Assembly (NCBI GenBank): GCA_965204375.1
Contig: OZ241986.1
Location: 2,592,001 to 2,656,000 of the forward strand
Length of the DNA: 64,000 nt
Reading direction: 5' to 3'
Origin: Candidatus Latescibacterota bacterium
GTDB lineage: Bacteria > Latescibacterota > UBA2968
Shown: positions 1 to 7,928 of the stretch, in pieces
Layout of the letters: the number at the start of each line of letters is the position of its first letter
How positions within the stretch are numbered: position 1 is the stretch's first letter
Made by a program: the position numbers and the translations under genes
Notes under the pieces: generated by a model
Seen by the model: only the letters and a program-made list of their open reading frames with translations
What the model was told of the DNA's origin: nothing
The model's database searches: none

Positions 1-630
1 CCATCCCAATACGACCAGGTCATATTTGGACAAGTCGAACAAGCCTGGGAAATGGGGTGTGCAGGTGTGGGCGCCACAATTTATTTTGGCTCGCCCGAAT
101 CCAACCGACAAATTGTCGAAATCAGCGAAGCATTTGCCCTCGCACACGAACTGGGGCTATTTACCGTACTCTGGTGCTATTTGCGCAACTCGGCATTTGC
201 GACCGACGACATCGACTATCACGAAGCCGCGGACCTCACGGGACAGGCCAACCACCTCGGTGTCACCATTGGCGCAGACATCATCAAACAAAAATTGCCG
301 ACCAACAACAACGGTTACACAGCCCTGAATTTTGGACGCACCCACGACAAAGTCTATACCGAACTCACATCTGATCACCCCATTGACCTGTGCCGCTATC
401 AGGTCGTCAATTGTTACATGGGCAAAGCTGGCCTCATCAATTCCGGGGGCGCATCCTCAGGCGCCAGTGATTACGCCGAGGCTGTGCGAACCGCTGTGAT
501 CAACAAACGCGCCGGAGGCACCGGCCTCATCTCTGGGCGCAAAGCATTTCAACGTCCCATGCACGAAGGCATCCAACTCCTCAACGACATACAAGACGTC
601 TATCTCTGCTCCGATGTAACCATCGCCTGA
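1..630 (+). CDS. fbaB: Class I fructose-bisphosphate aldolase (DhnA/FbaB type), 5' end outside the window
   Basis: Frame is open from base 1 ([10 protein letters not shown]...). Motifs [25 protein letters not shown] and [10 protein letters not shown] are typical of FbaB. Confidence 0.92.
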   Translation, partial: PSQYDQVIFGQVEQAWEMGCAGVGATIYFGSPESNRQIVEISEAFALAHELGLFTVLWCYLRNSAFATDDIDYHEAADLTGQANHLGVTIGADIIKQKLPTNNNGYTALNFGRTHDKVYTELTSDHPIDLCRYQVVNCYMGKAGLINSGGASSGASDYAEAVRTAVINKRAGGTGLISGRKAFQRPMHEGIQLLNDIQDVYLCSDVTIA

Positions 631-637
631 TTCACAC

Positions 638-684
638 AAAAAAAAGCGGAGCTTTCGATCTGTCGAAGGCTCCGTCTTTTGTTT
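638..684. terminator. Bidirectional rho-independent terminator
   Basis: A-run, hairpin GCGGAGCTTTCGA-tctg-TCGAAGGCTCCGT, then a T-rich tail, between convergent genes. Confidence 0.8.
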
Positions 685-699
685 TATCTTCTCGGATTC

Positions 700-1137
700 T
701 CATTCAACCAACTTCTCACCGTCGAAAATCATTTTGTCCTTTTCGTAAATAGCACCCGTTTCTTCATCCAACTCGTACTTCATCAACTGCCCCATAGACA
801 TGTGATTAAACACCTCTTTGGGATCGCCGTATTTTTCCAGCAACTTTTCAATTGGACCTTCAAACTCATAAGTTCGACGCTTGGGCCGTTCGCGCGCTCT
901 GCGCTCGGATTCTTCCTTGCTCAAAATAGGCAACCGCTCGGCGGTGGGTCCCAATCGACTCGCGTATTCCTGCCGCCTACGGTACTGATCGTGTCGTTTT
1001 TCAACCTCGTCCTTGTCCTCTTCTCGCTCCTTGTGACTGAGCAAATCTCCTTCCCGCTCTGACCACTTTTCCCGCTCGCGCTCGCGCACATCATCGCGGC
1101 CCACTTTTCGCATAATATCTCGCAGTGAATCACTCAT
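700..1137 (-). CDS. Hypothetical highly charged protein (145 aa)
   Basis: ATG with GGAGGG RBS; R/E/K-rich; ends at the shared terminator; no recognised domain. Confidence 0.65.
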   Translation of the reverse strand: MSDSLRDIMRKVGRDDVREREREKWSEREGDLLSHKEREEDKDEVEKRHDQYRRRQEYASRLGPTAERLPILSKEESERRARERPKRRTYEFEGPIEKLLEKYGDPKEVFNHMSMGQLMKYELDEETGAIYEKDKMIFDGEKLVE

Positions 1138-1246
1138 CTCTCAAACCCTCCAAAGCCAGATAAATTCAGGACTACCGGATAACCCAAAAATAACGCACCA
1201 CATCCCGCTTGTCAAAAGGTAATTCCCACTTTTAAAAACATCGGGG

Positions 1247-1275
1247 TTGACGCAGACCCTCTTTGCGTACATATT
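1247..1275 (+). promoter_or_regulatory. Putative sigma70 promoter for mazG
   Basis: TTGACG-17 bp-CATATT about 30 bp upstream of the ATG. Confidence 0.4.
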
Positions 1276-1306
1276 GCAGTCATACATACCATGCGAAAGG
1301 AAATAC

Positions 1307-2092
1307 ATGTCCAATTATGAACGACTCATCGACATCATGGCGCGTTTGAGGGGACCTTCGGGCTGCCCGTGGGACAAAGAGCAAACGCACCAAAGTCTGA
1401 AACCCTACCTCATCGAAGAAGCCTATGAACTCCTCGATGCGATTGACCGCAATGACGATAGCGAAATCAAAGAAGAACTGGGCGACCTCTTGTTGCAAGT
1501 CGTCTTTCACGCGCAAATTGCCAGTGAAGAAAACCGATTTACCATAGACGATGTGGCCGAAGCCATCGCCGACAAACTCATCCGCCGCCATCCGCACGTT
1601 TTTGGCGACACACAAGCCGATACACCCGATGAAGTCATCAAAAATTGGGAAGCCATCAAAGCCGAAGAAAAACCCGACAAAAAAATCTCCCTACTCGACG
1701 GCGTACCGCAACATCTACCGGCATTATTGAAGGCGCGCAGACTTCAGGAAAAAGCTGCACGAGTGGGATTTGAATGGGAACACATTGCGGATGTGGCACA
1801 AAAAGTGCGGGAAGAAACAGAAGAATTAATGCGCGCACGAGAAACCGGCGCAACAGAAAAGATTCAAGAAGAATTTGGAGACTTGCTATTTGCCCTGGTC
1901 AATCTCGCTCGATTTCTCCAAATATGCCCCGAAGAAGCACTCATACAAACCAACAGAAAATTTCAATCGCGCTTTCAGTACATCGAAACCGAACTGTGCA
2001 AGCAGGGCAAAACACCCCATGAATCTACGCTTGAGGAAATGGACGCGCTTTGGGAAGCCGCGAAAAAAGAGAATCAGCCCCAAAAATCATAG
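1307..2092 (+). CDS. mazG: Nucleoside triphosphate pyrophosphohydrolase MazG
   Basis: GCPWDKEQTH, EEAYE, EELGDLLLQVVFHAQIA, KLIRRHPHVF and a second EEFGDLLF domain; start at ATG 1307 after GAAAGGA. Confidence 0.95.
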   Translation: MSNYERLIDIMARLRGPSGCPWDKEQTHQSLKPYLIEEAYELLDAIDRNDDSEIKEELGDLLLQVVFHAQIASEENRFTIDDVAEAIADKLIRRHPHVFGDTQADTPDEVIKNWEAIKAEEKPDKKISLLDGVPQHLPALLKARRLQEKAARVGFEWEHIADVAQKVREETEELMRARETGATEKIQEEFGDLLFALVNLARFLQICPEEALIQTNRKFQSRFQYIETELCKQGKTPHESTLEEMDALWEAAKKENQPQKS

Positions 2093-2586
2093 TGCGCGGA
2101 CAATTCCAAAACGGGAATAGGAGCAGATTCCCAATCGTCAATCCAGCAAATAATGCTATCACAGGCCATATAATCGAGATTTTCGCGCTCGAAATCACTG
2201 CTGCGCAACACGACGTGCGCTCGAACCGGCAATTCATTACTCGACAGAATATAATTGGGAAAGGCCTCCTGGGATTTGAGCACCTCAAATCCCAATTTCT
2301 CATAAATTCGAATAAACAACTCGCGAACATTGGTCGCATTTCGCACAGCGGGATACGTCAAAATTGGTTCTCGATTGACAGGAGCCAATTGTTTTTCAAT
2401 GACATCAAGCGTGCTCTGGGGAACCGTAATTGATTTCGCATTTTTGCGCTCCAATTCAGCTTCGACCCGCTTGAGAGCCAACTCGGCTACCTCTTTGGAG
2501 TCGCTAATCGATTTGCGCACGCGCTTGCCATCTTCATCGTAGTACCCGATCCACCATTTCTTTCCCCGCTGATAAAGCCACGCCAT
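2074..2586 (-). CDS. Protein with an integrase arm-type DNA-binding-like N-terminus fused to a degenerate PD-(D/E)XK-like domain
   Basis: N-terminus MAWLYQRGKKWWIGYYDEDGKRVRKS...A resembles phage integrase N-termini. C-terminus LF...KLGF...FPN...S.DF...CDSIICWIDDW...PVLEL resembles a restriction-like nuclease family (recalled, not searched). Confidence 0.6.
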   Translation of the reverse strand: MAWLYQRGKKWWIGYYDEDGKRVRKSISDSKEVAELALKRVEAELERKNAKSITVPQSTLDVIEKQLAPVNREPILTYPAVRNATNVRELFIRIYEKLGFEVLKSQEAFPNYILSSNELPVRAHVVLRSSDFERENLDYMACDSIICWIDDWESAPIPVLELSAHYDFWG

Positions 2587-2626
2587 AGTTGTGCTCCCGC
2601 TGCAAAACGTCAGTGTGTCTTACAGA

Positions 2627-2776
2627 TAGCCACAAAAAATAAAAAAAACAATTACCTACTGATATTATACAATATACTGTGTATTTCTGCAAAAACAAAT
2701 CGCAATATATAGAGCAAAAAGAAAAAAATGTGGCTATTAGCCACAAATTGTCCATCAAATAATAATCTAAGCCACA
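2627..2776. repeat. Four (T/A)AGCCACA sites, including the palindrome TGTGGCTA-T-TAGCCACA
   Basis: Copies at 2627-2634, 2729-2736 (inverted), 2738-2745 and 2769-2776 in an AT-rich intergenic region. Confidence 0.7.
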
Positions 2777-2795
2777 CTTTCAAGCAATAAAAAAG

Positions 2796-2815
2796 GCGGG
2801 CGTTTCAAGCCTGCC
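2796..2815 (+). repeat. Left target-site duplication (20 bp) of the IS
   Basis: GCGGGCGTTTCAAGCCTGCC, identical to 4220-4239. Confidence 0.9.
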
Positions 2816-4219
2816 CATACGCATCAAGCTAAGTAAATGTCAAGGCCTCCAATTTCTGACAAGTATTGGGGGCTTTTCTTCTGGTATTGATCCGACATCC
2901 GTTCTCCAAACAGCGTTTTATGATGCGCAAGGCGTGCGCGGTCTGACTGAGCGAAGGGAGGGCACAGGCAACCAGCACAGCAAACGTTCTGACCGTCTGA
3001 GCAGCTTTAACCATTGATCGGTTGGGATATTTCCACAATGCGGTCAAAATAACCCAATGTTGGATGAGGATCCCAATAAGTTTGGCATACAATTCCGTCA
3101 GCACACGCCAGGGTTTTTGACTTTTGGATTTATCGACACGTCCCTGAGACTTCCACAGCTTGAAGAGTAGTTCAATCTGCCACCTAACACTGGCTAAAAC
3201 CTGTGCTTCCGCCAGCGAGATCAACTCGGGTGGTGCATTGGTGATTAAGAGGGTCCAATCACAAAGTGATAGTCGTATTTTTGAAAGCTGTGTTTTGTTC
3301 TTTCGCGCCTGCTCTTTAAGTTTGAAACGACGATGGCGAGCAACGCGTGATGCGACTGGCACAGCGATCAGCCGGGCAGGAAGGCGATGTTGGTCACCGA
3401 CTAAGACATTGCACTGAATCTGTCTATGGGGTTGGCTTTTCAAGAACTTGAGCACATCTAAAGGATCGCCAGTCCTATCCAACACCTTGACTTGTCCGTG
3501 CAAACGCGTCAGATAAAAACCACCCCCATCATCAATCCGACGCAAATCAGAAAGATTAAAATAGCCCAGGTCTGCCAAGCGTAATGCGCCTTTTTCAACC
3601 GGCAAAGCCTGCACACGGCTGGAACAGTCATGCGCTTTTGCCGGATAGATGAAAGGGCCTTCGAGTAAGCCTGATAGGTAATCTATACGCACTTGCAACT
3701 TCACCCCTGCCGCTTTACTGCCACCAGCAAAGAGATGATGCAAGGCATCGGGTAAAAAAATCGTCGTGCTATCTTGAATATAAACAGCACGAAAACGTCG
3801 CAATACGGGTAATCTCGTCTTGTCTCCACGGATCAGATGACTCACGCAGGCTTCCAATACTTGATACAGAAACGCGGCCGATTGTGGGCTGAATCGTTGA
3901 TCTAATCCTTGGGCTGAGATCCCAACACCCAAACTCGTGCATAACTGAGAAAGACGCTCTAAACTCGAATCGGGATCAGATAACCAGCCAAATACCAGCG
4001 ATTGCACAAACGCTGATCCGGTCAACTTCGACCGACGTTGGGTAAAGCCTGTCTTGTGTGCTACTTGATCCGCAGTCTGTGTTAAAACTGTTTGGAGACA
4101 TTGGGCAATTTGAGGTATCTTACACATTGAGGCAGTTCCTTGAGTATGTTTACTGTCTTGGACTACAGTAAGATACCTCGGGATCTGCCTCTTCTTCAAC
4201 CCTTAACTTGATGCGTATG
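2816..4219 (-). mobile_element. Complete IS4-family insertion sequence (1404 bp)
   Basis: Terminal IRs CATACGCATCAAGCTAAG (2816-2833) and CTTAACTTGATGCGTATG (4202-4219) match 17/18; 5'-CAT ends; flanking 20-bp direct repeat. Confidence 0.93.
2829..4127 (-). CDS. IS4-family DDE transposase
   Basis: IQDSTT, LADLGYF and RWQIELLFKLWKS (YREK-like); start ATG 4127 after AAGGA; the stop lies inside the terminal IR. Confidence 0.92.
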   Translation of the reverse strand: MCKIPQIAQCLQTVLTQTADQVAHKTGFTQRRSKLTGSAFVQSLVFGWLSDPDSSLERLSQLCTSLGVGISAQGLDQRFSPQSAAFLYQVLEACVSHLIRGDKTRLPVLRRFRAVYIQDSTTIFLPDALHHLFAGGSKAAGVKLQVRIDYLSGLLEGPFIYPAKAHDCSSRVQALPVEKGALRLADLGYFNLSDLRRIDDGGGFYLTRLHGQVKVLDRTGDPLDVLKFLKSQPHRQIQCNVLVGDQHRLPARLIAVPVASRVARHRRFKLKEQARKNKTQLSKIRLSLCDWTLLITNAPPELISLAEAQVLASVRWQIELLFKLWKSQGRVDKSKSQKPWRVLTELYAKLIGILIQHWVILTALWKYPNRSMVKAAQTVRTFAVLVACALPSLSQTAHALRIIKRCLENGCRINTRRKAPNTCQKLEALTFT

Positions 4220-4239
4220 GCGGGCGTTTCAAGCCTGCC
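4220..4239 (+). repeat. Right target-site duplication (20 bp) of the IS
   Basis: GCGGGCGTTTCAAGCCTGCC, identical to 2796-2815. Confidence 0.9.
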
Positions 4240-4248
4240 TTATTACTG

Positions 4249-4390
4249 AACATCCCTGTTGTTGATCTGGATGATAATCAACTCGATACAGAATTTGGCT
4301 ATAAATGACGTGTTTCTGATTGCTGATTCCAGCCCACTCATTGCATTGGCGGGCGTGAACCGACTTAACCTATTGCCCAGATTGTATTAA
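4249..4390 (+). pseudogene. Remnant of a UPF0175 antitoxin C-terminus and DUF3368/PIN toxin N-terminus
   Basis: NIPVVDLDDNQLDTEFGYK* followed by GTG-start (4310) FLIADSSPLIALAGVNRLNLLPRLY*, matching the D(T/S)SPLI.L...RL.LL..L start of DUF3368 PIN proteins. Confidence 0.6.
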
Positions 4391-4540
4391 TGAAAAAGGA
4401 ACGATAAAGGATATTGGCAAAGTGATCTATCACTCCAGAGGTGACTGGCGCACGCCAGGGGGCATTGCGTCAACGCCCGCGTCAAGATAGTTTTTCATCT
4501 CCTCAAGGCTTGCAGATCTGAAATATCCTTCCTGATACCA

Positions 4541-6031
4541 TCACCTGCTATTCAACGCGGTTTGATGCCACTCCTCTACGTTCATGGTCACACGATCACG
4601 TTTTCCCCACCAATAGCAATCTGCAACACACATAGAAATATCCAGAGTCTCATCGTCGATAAATCCGTGAATTTTCAACGTGTGAAACGCCTTCGAAGAC
4701 ACCGGCGCGGTATATACGGGCACCCAGAAGTCGTCGGTCCGCCCGCGAACGTATGTGGTTTGCTCACAATTGTAAACATTGGCGTGATCTTCATAGGTTA
4801 TCACTGCGACCATAAATCTGGAAGACTCGAAGCGCTGGACATCAAGGCTGGATGTAGTGTCCCATTGGGTAAAAGGCTCAATGCGTGCTATCCGGGAGAG
4901 CAGTGAGGAAAAGGTATCTATGTCCGGGTTGATGAAACGGGGTATTTCACGAACGACTTCATCCAACGTGGTAGAATATGCGTCTCTGACAGCACGGCCA
5001 ACGCACTGACACGGCAGGAAGTGACCACCCCACTCCCACGATGATTCGTCCTCCGAACAAAGAAACGTCGGCACGCTTCCCTCAAGCCAGGCGACGGTTT
5101 TCTGAATTATTCGCTTATTGGAATCGAAGTAAACAACTGAGGTAGTTCCAGGGTCGGTAGCACCGCCGTCCCAAGAGTGCATGACAATCTTCAACAAGCC
5201 GGTTTCGGGATCGAGACACGCACCCTCTATGTGATTCGAATGCAAGCCTCCATATAAGGCATCGATAAGGGCCCCATCATGGTAGAACTCAAGTCGCTGA
5301 CTTCCATCGGTAAAGATGCTACGCGGACTGCGCGTATTCTTGTAAAGGTCAATGTTAAAATGTCCATACTCTGAAGGCACCGCCCTGATCTTGATCCGAT
5401 CTGCTTTCAGGCTTTGGAAGAATGGTCCGGTAACAGTGAATTCGGAGTATCGGACAGGCGGCCCCCAGTCCACCGAGATGTCACTCACACCGATTGGCTG
5501 CGGGACCGCACGCGTCTCACGTGGTTTCGGACACAACTGTTCGACCGAATTGTATGCGGTCGTAAAGCCACGCAGGGAAAAGACGCCAGCCGAGGTGCTA
5601 TCAGAGTCGTTCCAGAGGACCATCTCGCCCTTCGTGGCTTCGCCCGCTATCATTTGGTTCACCACTCTTGTATGATCATAGTTTATCGAGGCCAGAGAAG
5701 TCACCCAGAAAGCCGGCGCCGAGTCGATCATTACGTGATAGCCATTGTCGGAAAAATCTGGCGTTACTCGGATCATGTCAGAAGACCGGCTGAGTGAACG
5801 GCTGGTCACCTGGAGGCGCACGTCACCGAGTCCGTTTTCCACCTCTCGCGGTGAGACCAACTTCGTCTCGGCGTAGCAGACGCGTAAATCGCCATCCTGA
5901 AGACGGTGGACGGACCAATCGTCGTAGATGCCCAACTGCTCTCGCGATTCCTGAGCGGTCAGTGGCGACACTACAACAGCCACTAAAAGGGCAAGCGTAG
6001 TGAGTGAAGCGGTAGTAAAGGGACCAAACAT
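4541..6031 (-). CDS. Secreted protein with an N-terminal IalB (invasion-associated locus B)-like domain and an unknown C-terminal region
   Basis: Signal peptide; LGIYDDWSV...CYA...FSLRGFTTAY...C resembles IalB; GGAGG RBS before ATG 6031. Confidence 0.6.
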   Translation of the reverse strand: MFGPFTTASLTTLALLVAVVVSPLTAQESREQLGIYDDWSVHRLQDGDLRVCYAETKLVSPREVENGLGDVRLQVTSRSLSRSSDMIRVTPDFSDNGYHVMIDSAPAFWVTSLASINYDHTRVVNQMIAGEATKGEMVLWNDSDSTSAGVFSLRGFTTAYNSVEQLCPKPRETRAVPQPIGVSDISVDWGPPVRYSEFTVTGPFFQSLKADRIKIRAVPSEYGHFNIDLYKNTRSPRSIFTDGSQRLEFYHDGALIDALYGGLHSNHIEGACLDPETGLLKIVMHSWDGGATDPGTTSVVYFDSNKRIIQKTVAWLEGSVPTFLCSEDESSWEWGGHFLPCQCVGRAVRDAYSTTLDEVVREIPRFINPDIDTFSSLLSRIARIEPFTQWDTTSSLDVQRFESSRFMVAVITYEDHANVYNCEQTTYVRGRTDDFWVPVYTAPVSSKAFHTLKIHGFIDDETLDISMCVADCYWWGKRDRVTMNVEEWHQTALNSR

Positions 6032-6103
6032 GCCTACCTCCAAAGGTTGGGACAACACCCGAGACGATCCGCCCCCCCGGATCTACGATCTCCCTTGCAC
6101 AAC

Positions 6104-6664
6104 CTATCGGATCTCCCGGTATGAACCGTAAACCCTGAGAGACCCTCTACCATCTTTGGCTACGACTTTTCCGAGGACACTTATGCAGGATCCATGATTG
6201 ACAACTCTGCCTACTATATCGAATCCGTTTTTGTTCACATTCTGCACTCCATTATAACTGGATCTGGAACTAATGGATGTTGCCTTTACCTTTATTGAAT
6301 TGACATCTATTTCCCATCCTTCGTCGGCACGGACCTCCCATCGGACATTCTTTGGACCTGCACAATGGTCATTGCGCTCATAATATGCAAGTTTCCTTTC
6401 TCTGGTTTGAGGTGCGATAACTTCCGGCGTGACGGGTTCTTCCGGCTCAGCACCTTGAGATCCGTCTTCCCCAAATTTAAAAATTTGAATACCTAATACG
6501 AAGATGACATACACACAGGTGATAGCTGTAACTCCTGCCAGGTACCTCCAAATTTTTTTAAGCCAATCAATCTTATCTTGCAGATTATGACATATACCAG
6601 CAAGGACTCCCAAAACAACGATTATACCCACCATTATGTCTATGTTCTCTATATTTTCCGTCAT
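6104..6664 (-). CDS. Hypothetical membrane-anchored protein (two TM helices plus a Cys-containing beta domain)
   Basis: MTENIENID start with a GGGGG RBS; two hydrophobic segments then a soluble domain. Confidence 0.6.
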   Translation of the reverse strand: MTENIENIDIMVGIIVVLGVLAGICHNLQDKIDWLKKIWRYLAGVTAITCVYVIFVLGIQIFKFGEDGSQGAEPEEPVTPEVIAPQTRERKLAYYERNDHCAGPKNVRWEVRADEGWEIDVNSIKVKATSISSRSSYNGVQNVNKNGFDIVGRVVNHGSCISVLGKVVAKDGRGSLRVYGSYREIR

Positions 6665-6722
6665 AGTAGAGTTCCCCCGTTTTGGATGCTGTTGCCGAAT
6701 TCCGAATATGTCTCGATGCACT

Positions 6723-6823
6723 AAACATAGGGCTTACAGAGCCTGTATTCAGGCCACAAATATCCGTTTTTCCAACCGCAGATTCCCTCTCGAATAATTC
6801 GGTAACAGCATCGTTTTGGTAGA
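6723..6823. repeat. 101-bp dispersed repeat, copy 1
   Basis: Ungapped alignment with 42114-42214 gives about 85/101 identical by eye. Confidence 0.88.
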
Positions 6824-7045
6824 GTGTTTAAGATTTGGGTTTCAAGCCTGTGATTGATGCAGCTTGCCGTATAGAATCTCTTGGATTAAGACATTCCAGG
6901 GCAGGCTATTACGGCACATGAGGACATCGGCGCGTGGTAGGCGATTGAAGAATGCCTACGATGCGGATTATACCACCCTTCAATAAAACCTGAAAAACAC
7001 CACCCCCTTCCCTATAAAATGGACAAAAAGGTGAAGCCCAAAGGA

Positions 7046-7870
7046 TCAAAGATCCCGGGCAACTCGAAAACCGGAGCTGCGGGACCGAAAACCGGTGCTC
7101 CACAGGCCGCGCTCCGCAGAACGCAAGAACCACGGACCGTAGTACCAACAACCACCACGCACCACGCGCAAACCGCAGTCCTCAGACGTCCACGCAGACC
7201 CATCAGTAGGTGCGCCTTCATAGCTGTCATTATAGCAGTCTTGCACCCACTCCCCCACATTCCCGTGCATATCGTACACGCCCCAGGCATTGGCTACGAA
7301 AGATCCCACAGGTGCGGTCTGCTCATCATCCCACTGGCTGCCACAACCATCGCAATTGGCACGATTTTCACCTATGTTGTCTCCCCAGCTATACGCTGCC
7401 TCTGTGCCTGCCCGTGCCACATACTCCCATTCTGATTCACTCAATAAACGATAGGTTTTACCCGTCCGAGCAGACAACCAACCAACATAAGACTGGGCAT
7501 CTTCCCAACTCACATGGATCACAGGACGATTCCCGCGACCCCAGCGCATATCATCTGGAATATGGTTTCCACAACCTCCTGCATCCAGACAGGCGTACCA
7601 TTCGGAAAATGTCACCTCATATACGCCTACAGCAAACTGGTAATCTATACGCACCCTATGCAGCGGTTCTTCATCATCATCATGACCTGCCTCACCCATG
7701 GATGATCCCATCGTGAAAAATCCTGACGGCACGACAACCATCTTGGGACATTCAGCACAATCTTGAAAAGTCTCGCCAGGTGATGGCACGCTATCCCCGG
7801 TGTCCTGTTGTGACCAAAGGGGAAGGGTCAGAAGAATGAACACACCTATACAAATACAGTGACGATACAT
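7046..7870 (-). CDS. Secreted formylglycine-generating-enzyme (FGE-sulfatase/CLec-fold) family protein, candidate DGR target
   Basis: Signal peptide; F.MGS, YEVT, PV..VSWEDA..Y, RLLSESEWEY, N.WG.YDMHGNV.EW and RGG.W...RSA.R...GFRVAR; AAAGGAGA RBS before ATG 7870. Confidence 0.9.
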   Translation of the reverse strand: MYRHCICIGVFILLTLPLWSQQDTGDSVPSPGETFQDCAECPKMVVVPSGFFTMGSSMGEAGHDDDEEPLHRVRIDYQFAVGVYEVTFSEWYACLDAGGCGNHIPDDMRWGRGNRPVIHVSWEDAQSYVGWLSARTGKTYRLLSESEWEYVARAGTEAAYSWGDNIGENRANCDGCGSQWDDEQTAPVGSFVANAWGVYDMHGNVGEWVQDCYNDSYEGAPTDGSAWTSEDCGLRVVRGGCWYYGPWFLRSAERGLWSTGFRSRSSGFRVARDL

Positions 7871-7928
7871 CTTGATCTCTCCTTTCATTAATTTTTACCT
7901 GCCATTATCTCTGGACATCATCTGGACC

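Noticed and set aside
6839-6850. GTTTCAAGCCTG matching part of the IS target duplication
   Set aside because: Only 12 bp, with no hairpin or IS end adjacent; may be chance.
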